From: Burkholderiales bacterium
GTDB lineage: Bacteria > Pseudomonadota > Gammaproteobacteria > Burkholderiales > SG8-41
DNA length: 61,731 bases
Assembly (NCBI GenBank): GCA_035456985.1
Contig: DATICE010000090.1
Location: 1-61,731, forward strand
Direction of reading: 5' to 3'
Part shown: positions 10,230 to 18,742 of the stretch, piece by piece
Layout: every line of letters starts with the position of its first letter
How positions within the stretch are numbered: position 1 is the stretch's first letter
The notes under the pieces: generated by a model
Seen by the model: only the letters and a program-made list of their open reading frames with translations
The model's database searches: none
What the model was told of the DNA's origin: nothing
Made by a program: the position numbers and the translations under genes

Positions 10230-11186
10230 CTACAGACGCTCGAGGTGCTCCACCATGCGCCGGCGCATCTTCGCATCCGGCAGGCGGCCGATGCCCCCCT
10301 GGAGGTTATCTTTGAGGTGAGCGACGCGGCTCGTGCCCGGTATGGCGCAGGTGACGGCGGGATGCGAAAGGATGTACTTGAGGAAGAACTGCGCCCAGCT
10401 CCTGCAGTCGAATTCCGCCGACCACGCCGGCAGTTCCCTGCCACGCACCCTGGGAAAGAGCGCGCCCATCGAAAACGGGCGGTTGGCGATCACCGCGACG
10501 CCGGACTCGGCGCATGCCGGCAGCAGCCGTGCCTCGGCTTCGCGCTCGGCCATCGAGTAGTTGAACTGTACGAAGTCCCACTCGCGCGAGCGCACCAGCC
10601 GCTCGAGATCGCCATACGCGCCCGCATGGTAGTGCGTGATGCCGAGGTAGCGGATGCGCCCTGCGTCCTTCCATTCGAGCAGGGTCTTCGCATGGACGGC
10701 GACGTCCTGGAGGTTGTGGACCTGCATGAGGTCCATCCTCCGCGTTCGCATCAGCTTGAGCGAGCTTTCCATCTGGCGGATGCCGGCGTCGCGCCCGCGG
10801 GTCCAGACCTTGGTCGCGAAGAACAGCTTTTCGCGCAGCCGCAGCTCCGCGGAAAGATCGCCCACCACCCGCTCGGCTTCTCCATACATGGGCGAGGAAT
10901 CCACGACAGAACCGCCGCCGTCGACGAGGAGGCGCAGCACTTCCTTCAGCTCGCCGCGCTCGGGCGAATCCGGACCGACGTCGAAGGTCTGCCAGGTGCC
11001 GACTCCGACCGCGGGCAGCAACTCCCCCGTGCGCGGTATCGGCCGCTTCAGGAGTGTGGAGGATTGCGCGATGGCCTTCTTCTTGTTCATGGCGGTGAGG
11101 GCGGCGCCGGCCGCGGCGAACTGCAGCAGCCTGCGCCGTATGGGGTTCAGAAGTTTGAGGTCAGTCTTAGCATGAACACGAGTCAC
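10230..11186 (-). CDS. Aldo/keto reductase with a Tat-type signal (paralog A)
   Basis: The N-terminus RRRLLQFAAAGAALTA precedes an AKR core (GVGTWQTF...SSPMYGEAE...MQVHN...YLGITHY...VQFNYS). The start is GTG 11186. Confidence 0.86.
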   Translation of the reverse strand: MTRVHAKTDLKLLNPIRRRLLQFAAAGAALTAMNKKKAIAQSSTLLKRPIPRTGELLPAVGVGTWQTFDVGPDSPERGELKEVLRLLVDGGGSVVDSSPMYGEAERVVGDLSAELRLREKLFFATKVWTRGRDAGIRQMESSLKLMRTRRMDLMQVHNLQDVAVHAKTLLEWKDAGRIRYLGITHYHAGAYGDLERLVRSREWDFVQFNYSMAEREAEARLLPACAESGVAVIANRPFSMGALFPRVRGRELPAWSAEFDCRSWAQFFLKYILSHPAVTCAIPGTSRVAHLKDNLQGGIGRLPDAKMRRRMVEHLERL

Positions 11187-11201
11187 GAGTCACCAGTCAC
11201 G
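11181..11201. repeat. Heptad tandem repeat AGTCAC(G/C) x3 at the 5' end of the AKR gene
   Basis: The sequence reads agtcacg agtcacc agtcacg. The predicted GTG start codon (11186-11184) lies inside the first unit. Confidence 0.8.
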
Positions 11202-11258
11202 CAGTTCGAAGCATTAGGGTAGACTATAACGCCGCGCCCATCCTGCCACTGCATCAAG

Positions 11259-11594
11259 ATGCTCAATCCCGACGGCCTCGCAGTTTTCTCCAAGCATGCC
11301 TGCCCGACGTGCACACTGATCGAGCCGGTGATGCAGCGCGTCGCGAAGGCGGTCCCCGCGTTCCAGGTAGTCTCGCAGGACGACCCGAAGTTCCCGTCCG
11401 GCGTCGCCAACCTGGTGGACGACCGCGAGCTCGACCAGTCCTGGGTCAACAATATCGAGGCGACACCCACCCTGATCCGCTTCCAGGGCGGGCGCGAGGT
11501 CGAGCGGGTCGTCGGCTGGGACCGCGATGGCTGGCGCCGGTTGACCGGCATCCGCGACCTGGGAGAGGGCCTGCCGGCGTTCCGCCCGGGGTGA
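11259..11594 (+). CDS. Thioredoxin-fold protein (CPTC motif)
   Basis: 111 aa. AVFSKHACPTCTLIEP carries a CxxC motif, and a downstream IEATPTLIRF matches the position of the cis-Pro loop. Confidence 0.8.
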   Translation: MLNPDGLAVFSKHACPTCTLIEPVMQRVAKAVPAFQVVSQDDPKFPSGVANLVDDRELDQSWVNNIEATPTLIRFQGGREVERVVGWDRDGWRRLTGIRDLGEGLPAFRPG

Positions 11595-11618
11595 GGCTCG
11601 CTCTCACTCGAGCCCGGG

Positions 11619-12701
11619 GTGGCCGAGAAACTGGAAGCGAAACACAGCGGCAAGACGCTGCTCGCCGCGCGCAAGATCGAATATCCCGATAGCGCTGACC
11701 CGGTCGAGGTGTGCTTCGAGCGCGGCTGGACCGACGGGCTGCCGGTGACGCCGCCCACCGACGAGCGCGTGATCGCCATGCTGAAGGGCACGACGCGCCG
11801 CCCCGACGAGGTGATCGGCAGGATTCCCCCGTTTCTCGCTCCCTGCACGGTCGAAAAGGTCGCGGTGAACGCCGTGATGGCGGGATGCAAGCCGGAATAC
11901 ATGCCCGTGCTGCTCGCGGCGCTGGAGGCGGCACTGGAGCCGGTCTTCACGCTGCACGGGGTGCTCGCGACCACTTATTTCTCGAGCCCGATCGTCATCG
12001 TGAACGGCCCGATCGCCCGCAGGATCGGCATGAACAGCGGCATCAACGCGCTCGGGCAGGGGAATCGCGCGAACGCGACGATCGGCCGGGCGCTCAACCT
12101 CATTGTGCTCAACGTCGGCGGCGGCCGGCCGGGCGAGGCGGACCGCTCGACGCTGGGCGCGCCAAGCAAATACACGCTGTGCTTCGCCGAGGACGAGTCC
12201 GATCCGCAGTGGGAGCCGCTGTCGGTCGCACGCGGCTTCGCGCGCGGTGTTTCCACCGTGACGCTGTTCCAGGGTCACGGCCCGGAGGCGTTCGTGGACC
12301 AGAAGTCGCGCACGCCGGAGGGGCTGACGCGCTCCTTCGCGCTGTCGCTCAACAGGATGGGACACGCCAACCTGGTGCAGTCGGCGCGCGCGATCGTGGT
12401 GCTCTCGCCCGAGCACTACGCGATCTACAAAGAAGCCGGCTGGGATCGCAAGAGGATTGAGCGGGCGTTATACGAAGCGACGATTCGCCCCGGGAAGGAG
12501 ATACTTGCCGGCAAGGACGGCGTGGGTGAGGGCGTGCCGCCGGAGCGTGCAAACGAAATGGTCCCGAAATTCCACGACGACGGGCTCATGGTCGTCCGCG
12601 CTGGCGGACCGGCGGGGTTGTTCTCGGCGATCCTTCCCGGCTGGCTCGCCGGCCGCAATAAACTGGAGCTGCAACCCGTAACGAAGGAGGTCAAGGCATG
12701 A
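11619..12701 (+). CDS. Conserved hypothetical protein (360 aa), partner of the selenoprotein
   Basis: GTG start. The ORF has strong GC3 bias. Its stop overlaps the ATG of the next gene (ATGA). No family recognised. Confidence 0.8.
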   Translation: MAEKLEAKHSGKTLLAARKIEYPDSADPVEVCFERGWTDGLPVTPPTDERVIAMLKGTTRRPDEVIGRIPPFLAPCTVEKVAVNAVMAGCKPEYMPVLLAALEAALEPVFTLHGVLATTYFSSPIVIVNGPIARRIGMNSGINALGQGNRANATIGRALNLIVLNVGGGRPGEADRSTLGAPSKYTLCFAEDESDPQWEPLSVARGFARGVSTVTLFQGHGPEAFVDQKSRTPEGLTRSFALSLNRMGHANLVQSARAIVVLSPEHYAIYKEAGWDRKRIERALYEATIRPGKEILAGKDGVGEGVPPERANEMVPKFHDDGLMVVRAGGPAGLFSAILPGWLAGRNKLELQPVTKEVKA

Positions 12702-13219
12702 TGAACTGGATGCGAGATCCCACTGCGGAAACTTCGGCCGTGAAGCGGCCGCGGCGCGCGCCGCCGAAATCGCTCGAGGGGCTGACCATCGGGCTCTTCG
12801 ATATCGGCAAGACGCGCACGCCCGAATTCCTCGACCAGGTGGAGAAGCGCTTCAACGAGCGCGGGCTGAAGACGAAGCGCGTCGGCAAGCCCACCAACGC
12901 CAAGGTCGCGACGCCCGAAAACCTGCAGAAGATCGCCTCGGAGGTGGACGTCGTCCTGATCGGGCTATCCGACTGAGGGTCGTGCACGTCGTGCAGTCTG
13001 CACGACCTCATGAACTTCGACGGCCGCGGCATCCCCGGCGTCTCGGTCGTCACACTCGGCTTCACCGACGCGGTGGCGGTGCAGTCGAAGGCGCTCGGCT
13101 TCGAGCCGGCGGTGCTCTACGTCCCGCACCCCATTCAGAACCGCACTGCGGACGAGCTGAAGAAGATCGCCGACGACGTGGTCGAGCCTGCGCTGAGGAT
13201 GCTTACGGCATCCAAGTGA
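12698..13219 (+). CDS. UGSC-type selenoprotein, 173 aa, with in-frame UGA (Sec) at 12974-12976
   Basis: Track ORFs 12698-12976 and 13010-13219 share one frame, and the 33 nt between them are open. Read-through gives VDVVLIGLSD-U-GSCTSCSLHDLMNFDGRG. A hairpin follows the UGA. The second half has no sensible independent start context. Confidence 0.8.
12978..13007 (+). promoter_or_regulatory. SECIS-like recoding hairpin downstream of the Sec UGA
   Basis: GTCGTGCA occurs twice (12979-86, 12988-95) and is followed by its complement TGCACGAC (12999-13006). One fold is a 7-bp stem at 12988-94/13000-06 with loop AGUCU. The alternative is a 9-bp stem at 12978-86/12999-13007. The apical loop lies about 20 nt 3' of the UGA. 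Confidence 0.6.
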
Positions 13220-13243
13220 CGACTGACGGCTGACGAGTGGTCA
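13216..13243. repeat. Heptad repeat (G/C)TGACG(A/G) x3 plus a degenerate unit, filling the convergent spacer
   Basis: The sequence reads gtgacga ctgacgg ctgacga gtggtca. TGA triplets at 13217, 13224 and 13231 fall in all three frames. The first is the selenoprotein stop, and TCA at 13241-43 is the AKR stop. Confidence 0.8.
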
Positions 13244-14221
13244 GCCCAGGGAATCGATAAACTCGACCATCTTCCTGCGCTGCGCAGCGTCGGGCAGCCG
13301 GCCGCGCGCGGCGCTCAGGTTGTCCACCACGTACTCCGGCTTGTCCATGCCGGGTATCACGCAGGTCACCGCCTCGCTCGCGAGGAGGTACTTGAGAAAG
13401 AACTGGCCCCACGTCGACGCGTCGAACTCCGCGGCCCACGCCGGCACCGGCTTGCCGCGCACGGCGCGGAACAGGCGGGCGCGGGCAAAGGGCAGGTTCA
13501 CGAGGACGGCGGTACCGGTTGCGGTGGCCGCCGGCAGCAGCCGTTCTTCCACGCTGCGCTCGGCCATCGAGTAGTTGACCTGGATGAAATCGAGCTTCTC
13601 GGTCCGCATGATCTCGATCAGCCGGTCGTTGGCGCGCGCCTGGCTCTGGGAGTGCGTCACACCGATGTAGCGGAACACGCCGCGCTCCTTCCACTCGCGC
13701 AGCAGCGAGAGCTGCGCGGCGATCTCGCCGCGGTCCACGAAGCCGACGTTGTGGATCTGCATGAGATCGAATTTCTGGGTGCGCAACCGGCGCTGCGATT
13801 CGTGCATCTCGGCGATCGCCCGGTCGCGGGTAGTGGCGCGCACCTTCGTCGCCACGAACGTCTTGTCGCGGACTTTCAGGTCGGCGAGCAGGTCGCCGAG
13901 CACCGATTCCGCAGCGCCGTAGGACGGCGCGGTGTCGATCAAGCGCGCGCCGCCGGCGAGCAGGGTCTCGATGACCGTGCGTCGCTCGGCGATCCGCGGC
14001 GCGTCCCCGGCGATGTCGAAAATTATGGCGGTGCCGAGGCCGACTACCGCGAGTTGCTCGCCAGTGCGCGGAATGGGGCGAGTGAGCAGTGGTTTCGCGG
14101 CTGCGGTGGCCGCGCCGGCGGGCGCGATTCCGAGCGCGGCGGCCGCGCCGAGGCCGGCGGTCATCACCAGCGCTTCGCGACGCGTGAACAGGCGGGGGGC
14201 GGGCTTGGCACGGTCCTTCAT
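13241..14221 (-). CDS. Aldo/keto reductase with a Tat-type signal (paralog B)
   Basis: FTRREALVMTAGLGAAAALGIAPAGAA precedes an AKR core that is collinear with 10230-11186 (roughly 40-50 percent identical by eye). Confidence 0.86.
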   Translation of the reverse strand: MKDRAKPAPRLFTRREALVMTAGLGAAAALGIAPAGAATAAAKPLLTRPIPRTGEQLAVVGLGTAIIFDIAGDAPRIAERRTVIETLLAGGARLIDTAPSYGAAESVLGDLLADLKVRDKTFVATKVRATTRDRAIAEMHESQRRLRTQKFDLMQIHNVGFVDRGEIAAQLSLLREWKERGVFRYIGVTHSQSQARANDRLIEIMRTEKLDFIQVNYSMAERSVEERLLPAATATGTAVLVNLPFARARLFRAVRGKPVPAWAAEFDASTWGQFFLKYLLASEAVTCVIPGMDKPEYVVDNLSAARGRLPDAAQRRKMVEFIDSLG

Positions 14222-14222
14222 G

Positions 14223-15530
14223 TCAGGCTCCTTTCAATAATTCGCGTGTGCGGCGCTCGTGCGCGCGGCCGAGCGCAATCGCGAGCGCAAGCCACGCGAC
14301 GGTGACGGGCACGGTGGCGAGCGAGATTGCGCCGAGCTCGAGTCCCGCGCCGCGGAGAGCCGCGAACAGCCAGCCGCTCACCGCGTCGCCGCCGCGGAAT
14401 ACCACGATGTCGATCACGTTCTTGGCTTTGTACTTCTCCTCGCGCTCGAGGACCGTGAACAGCACCTCGCGCGCCGGATTGGAGATCGCGAAGTTGGCGG
14501 TGCGCTGGAGGGCCTGGAAGGCGATCACGATCCACAGCGCGGGCGCGAGCCAGAGTGCAATGAATCCGAGGCCGAAGACCGCCGGCAGGAACGCCGCCGC
14601 CGGGCCGGCGCCAAAGCGCGCAATGAGCCGCCCGGTCGCGAGAAATTGCACCAGGATGGTCAGGATCCCGATCGCGAGATCGATGGTGGCGAAGATGCGC
14701 GTGCGCACCGCGGGATCGTCGGATGCCGCGGCCACGATGTTCGCCTGCTGGAAGTAGAGGAACGTCCCGGCGAGGGAGAGCAGCGTGACCCACAACGCGA
14801 TGCCGGCCAGGTAGGGTGAGCGCAATACCAGCGTGATGCCCGCAAGCCAGCCTCCGCCCATTCCCGCGTCCACCGGCTTTCCGGCGGAAATGGCTGCAGG
14901 CGCTTGCGCTTTCAAGTCCGCTGCCGCCGTCTCGAGGCGCAGCGCGCAGAGCACGGCGGCTTCGAGCAGCAGAGCGGCGACGATCAGGAGGTTGACGTGG
15001 CCAAGCGGCACCGCGAGCCCGACCGTCACCGCGGGTCCCAGCAGCGCGCCCGCCGAGCCCCCGGCGGCGATGAAGCCGAACAGCCGCTTGCCCTGCTCGG
15101 ACGCGTAGAGGTCGGCCATGAACGACCAGAACACCGATACGGCAAACAGGTTGAACACGCTGATCCACACGAAGAACACGCGCGCGACGTGGACGGTGCC
15201 GATGTCGAGCGCAAGCAGTATCCAGAAGATCGCGATGTTGGCGACGAAGAAATGGTAGACGAGCGGTATGAAGCGCCGGCGCGGGAGCTTGGCGACCACG
15301 GCGCCGTACACCGGCACCACGGCGAGCATCACGACGAAAGTGGCGGTGAACAGCCAGGGGAGGTTTCTCACGCCGCCCGCGATACCCATCTCGTCGCGCA
15401 AGGGGCGCAGCACGTAGTAGCCGGCGAGCAGGCAGAAGAAATACGCAAACGACCAGAGCAGCGCCCGCGCTTCGCCCGGGCGGACGGCAACCACGCGCGC
15501 CAGCCAGTACGGAACGGTCGCCTGGCTCAT
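14223..15530 (-). CDS. MFS-type transporter (ATP/ADP-translocase-like, TLC-related family)
   Basis: 435 aa with about 12 hydrophobic segments. The N-terminal FAYFFCLLAGYYVLRPLRDEMG motif is typical of this family. The stop is 1 nt from the downstream AKR start. Confidence 0.82.
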   Translation of the reverse strand: MSQATVPYWLARVVAVRPGEARALLWSFAYFFCLLAGYYVLRPLRDEMGIAGGVRNLPWLFTATFVVMLAVVPVYGAVVAKLPRRRFIPLVYHFFVANIAIFWILLALDIGTVHVARVFFVWISVFNLFAVSVFWSFMADLYASEQGKRLFGFIAAGGSAGALLGPAVTVGLAVPLGHVNLLIVAALLLEAAVLCALRLETAAADLKAQAPAAISAGKPVDAGMGGGWLAGITLVLRSPYLAGIALWVTLLSLAGTFLYFQQANIVAAASDDPAVRTRIFATIDLAIGILTILVQFLATGRLIARFGAGPAAAFLPAVFGLGFIALWLAPALWIVIAFQALQRTANFAISNPAREVLFTVLEREEKYKAKNVIDIVVFRGGDAVSGWLFAALRGAGLELGAISLATVPVTVAWLALAIALGRAHERRTRELLKGA

Positions 15531-15797
15531 CTAGGGATTGAGGCCCAGCGCCTTGCCGGCTTCGGCCGCCGCGTTCCCAGAGGCCGCGCGGCGAGGGCCA
15601 GGCCAACGGCGCATCGCAATAGCCGGCGGCGGCTGGATTGCATTGCGTCGTTCGTCTTCATGGCCGCGATTTCCCAAGTGACCGTGGATGAAGGCCGAAG
15701 CATACATCAAGAATCGTTCGCATCAGATGGGCGCGGCGAAGGTTGACCTGTCCGGCGCCGCACTGGATACTGGGGCACGATATTTCAGGGGGCGGGA

Positions 15798-16682
15798 ATG
15801 CGTCTGGTGACTTTTTCCGACGGCAAGGGTGCGCGCATCGGCGTGCACGACCCGGCCGCGGGCACGATCGTCGATCTGTCCGTGGGTACCCGGCTGCCGC
15901 GCGAGATGACGGCATTCATTGCGCTTGGCAAGAGCGGGCTCGCACGCGCCCGGCGCGCGGTGAGGAGCGGCGAGGGCCGCGTACCGGCGGACGGCGTCAC
16001 GCTCCTCGCTCCGATCCCGCGTCCCGCGAAGAACATTCTTTGCGTCGGCAAGAATTATCACGATCACGCGCAGGAATTCCAGTCGAGCGGAGTCGACGCG
16101 ACCGGCAAGGAGGTGGTGCCGGAGGTCCCGATCATCTTCACCAAGTGGCCGAACTCGGTGATTGGTCCGGCGGAGCCCATTCCCAGCGCCAACGACTACA
16201 CCGACTCGACCGACTACGAAGGCGAACTCGCGGTGGTGATCGGCGCGGGCGGGCGGAGAATCGCCAAGGACGATGCGTATGACCATGTCTACGGCTATAC
16301 CATCGTGAATGACGTTTCCGCGCGCACGCTCCAGAACCGGCACCGCCAGTGGTTCCTCGGCAAGAGCCTGGACGGCTATTGCCCGATGGGGCCGTGCATC
16401 CTGACGGCGGACGAGGTCAAGGATGTCGGCAAGATGCATCTCACGACGAGGGTCAACGGCGAGCCGCGCCAGGATGCGTACGTGAGCCAGCTGATCTTCG
16501 ACATCCCGACGCTGATCGAGACGATCTCGCGCGTGATGCTGCTGGAGCCCGGCGATCTGATCGCCACCGGCACTTGCGCCGGCGTCGGCATCGGCTTCAA
16601 CCCTCCTAAGTACCTGCGGAAGGGCGATACGGTGGCGATCACGATCGAGCCCATCGGCACGCTGGAGAACCCGGTCGTCTAA
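15798..16682 (+). CDS. Fumarylacetoacetate hydrolase (FAH) family protein
   Basis: 294 aa. FAH-family motifs include GKNYHDHAQE, DYEGELAVVIG, NDVSARTLQ and PGDLIATGT. Confidence 0.92.
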   Translation: MRLVTFSDGKGARIGVHDPAAGTIVDLSVGTRLPREMTAFIALGKSGLARARRAVRSGEGRVPADGVTLLAPIPRPAKNILCVGKNYHDHAQEFQSSGVDATGKEVVPEVPIIFTKWPNSVIGPAEPIPSANDYTDSTDYEGELAVVIGAGGRRIAKDDAYDHVYGYTIVNDVSARTLQNRHRQWFLGKSLDGYCPMGPCILTADEVKDVGKMHLTTRVNGEPRQDAYVSQLIFDIPTLIETISRVMLLEPGDLIATGTCAGVGIGFNPPKYLRKGDTVAITIEPIGTLENPVV

Positions 16683-16767
16683 ATGCACTCGGCGGCCGGG
16701 ACCGACGAACGCACAAGCGGTGCGTTCGACTGTAGAATCCGGATATAACGAGAAGAGGAGGGGAAAC

Positions 16768-17733
16768 ATGAGGACATTCGGTCTCGCGCTGTCGCTGCTC
16801 GCCGCGCTGCTGCCGCAGGCAGCAGCGGCGCAGGAAACATACCCGTCGCGTGCCGTCACGATCATCGTGCCGTTCCCGCCCGGCGGTATTGCCGACATCA
16901 CCTCGCGCACGCTGGCCCCGGGGCTGGAGCGCGCGCTCAGGCAGCCGATCGTGATCCAGAACCGGCCGGGCGCGGCCGGAACCACCGGAGCGCACGCCGC
17001 CGCCACCGCGGCGCCGGACGGATACACGCTGTTGTGCCACCTGGTCAGCATCTCGTCGCTGCCCGAGGTGGACAAGCTCTTCGGGCGCCCAACGGTATTC
17101 ACCCGCGATCAGTTCGTCGGCATCGCGCGCATCAACGCCGATCCCCCGATCATGGTCGTGCATCCCTCGGTGCCGGCAAGGAACCTGAAGGAGTTCGTCG
17201 CGCTCGCGAAAAAGCGCCCCAAGGACATGATCTTCTCCTCGTCGGGACCGTATGGGGCATCCCACGTGCCCTTCGCGATGTTCCTGCAAGCGGCGGGGCT
17301 TCAAATGCGCCACCTGCCGACGACCGGAGGGGCGCCGGCGATGACCGCGGTGCTCGGAGGCCACGCGGTGACCTGGGCCTCGCCCCCGGCGATCGCGCTG
17401 CCGCACCTGAAGGCGGGCAAGATCAAGGCGTTCGTGACGTGGGGCGCCAATCGCCTTCCGGAGTTCCCCGAGATTCCTACGTTCCGCGAGCAGGGCTACG
17501 ACATCGAGTATTACCTGTGGGCCGGGTTGTTCGCGCAGCGCAAGGTTCCTCCCAATGTGTTCAGCTCGTTGCGCGAGGCGGTCCGTAAGGCGGTCCAGGA
17601 CCCGGACGTGAGGAAAGGTTTCGAGAAGGTGCGCACGCCGATCGCGTACCAGGACGCCGACGAATTCAAGGCGTGGTGGGACAAGGACGCGGAGCGTGTC
17701 GCGAGGGCCGTGTACAGCATCGGCAAGCAATAG
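16768..17733 (+). CDS. Bug/TctC-family tripartite tricarboxylate transporter substrate-binding protein
   Basis: GAGGAGGGG lies upstream of ATG 16768. A signal peptide is followed by the YPSRAVTIIVPFPPGG hallmark. Confidence 0.92.
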   Translation: MRTFGLALSLLAALLPQAAAAQETYPSRAVTIIVPFPPGGIADITSRTLAPGLERALRQPIVIQNRPGAAGTTGAHAAATAAPDGYTLLCHLVSISSLPEVDKLFGRPTVFTRDQFVGIARINADPPIMVVHPSVPARNLKEFVALAKKRPKDMIFSSSGPYGASHVPFAMFLQAAGLQMRHLPTTGGAPAMTAVLGGHAVTWASPPAIALPHLKAGKIKAFVTWGANRLPEFPEIPTFREQGYDIEYYLWAGLFAQRKVPPNVFSSLREAVRKAVQDPDVRKGFEKVRTPIAYQDADEFKAWWDKDAERVARAVYSIGKQ

Positions 17734-17764
17734 GCGAAGTGACAACAAGACAGGAGGAAATCCC

Positions 17765-18742
17765 ATGAACACCCGCATATTCAGCGTTCTTCTGCTGGCG
17801 CTTCTCGCCGGCGCAGCGGCGGCACAGGATTCGTATCCGAGCCGCCCGGTCACCATGATCGTGCCGTTTCCACCCGGGGGCGTGGCCGACCTCACCGGCC
17901 GGCCCATTGCCGCCGCGATGGAAAAGGTGCTGAAGCAGCCGATCGCGCCGGTCAACCGCGCGGGCGCCGGCGGAAAGGTCGGCTATGCGGCCGCGGCCAA
18001 CTCCAAGCCCGACGGCTACACCATGTTGATTGCGCTCTCCAGCGTCTCGATCTTCCCGGAGGTGGACCACCTGTTCAACCTCAAGCCGGCCTATACGCTG
18101 GACCAGCTCGTGCCGATCGCGCTGATCTCCGCCGACCCGACCATACTCGTGGTGCATCCATCGCTGCCGGCCAGGTCGGCAAAGGAGTTCATCGCGCTCG
18201 CGAAAAAGAACCCCAACGAGATTGCGTTCTCCTCGTCCGGCCTGTACGGCACGTTGCACATCGCGATGGAGATGGTGGTCCAATCTGCCGGCATCAAACT
18301 GCGGCACGTGCCGTTCTCCGGAGGTGGGCCCGCGGTCAGCGCGCTGCTTGGCGGACACGTGTTCGCGCTCTCCTCGGGACCCGCGGCGGCGATCGGCCAC
18401 CTGCGGGCGGGCAAGCTCCGCGCGCTCGCCAGCTGGGGCGACAAGCGGCTCGCCGCGTTGCCGCAGCTGCCGACGTGGAAGGAGCTCGGCTACAAGAACG
18501 TCGAGTTCTACATCTGGGCCGGGTTGATGGTGCCGAGCGGCACGCCGGAGGCGGCGATCAAGGCGCTGCGCGCCGCCGCGGCCAAAGGTGTCCAGGACTC
18601 GGGTTTCAAGGCGGTGATGGCCAAGCTCGAAACGCCCGTCAACTACCTCGATGCGCCCGAGTTCCGCAGTTTCTGGGACCGCGACGCCGAGCGTCTCGTG
18701 CGCACGGTACGGCGCGTGGGCAAGGTCGACGCCAAGAAATAG
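17765..18742 (+). CDS. tctC: Bug/TctC-family substrate-binding protein (adjacent to tctBA)
   Basis: AGGAGGA lies upstream of ATG 17765. A signal peptide is followed by YPSRPVTMIVPFPPGG. Confidence 0.92.
   Translation: MNTRIFSVLLLALLAGAAAAQDSYPSRPVTMIVPFPPGGVADLTGRPIAAAMEKVLKQPIAPVNRAGAGGKVGYAAAANSKPDGYTMLIALSSVSIFPEVDHLFNLKPAYTLDQLVPIALISADPTILVVHPSLPARSAKEFIALAKKNPNEIAFSSSGLYGTLHIAMEMVVQSAGIKLRHVPFSGGGPAVSALLGGHVFALSSGPAAAIGHLRAGKLRALASWGDKRLAALPQLPTWKELGYKNVEFYIWAGLMVPSGTPEAAIKALRAAAAKGVQDSGFKAVMAKLETPVNYLDAPEFRSFWDRDAERLVRTVRRVGKVDAKK

Noticed and set aside
15531-15661. 44-codon upstream ORF (MKTNDAMQSSRRRLLRCAVGLALAARPLGTRRPKPARRWASIPR) whose TGA overlaps the ATG of the MFS/TLC-like transporter (ATGA).
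   Set aside because: The stop/start overlap and the RRRLL motif are suggestive, but in DNA this GC-rich an open 44-codon frame is expected by chance. There is no clear SD, and conservation cannot be judged without homologs. I kept it only as a possible leader peptide to test with ribosome profiling.
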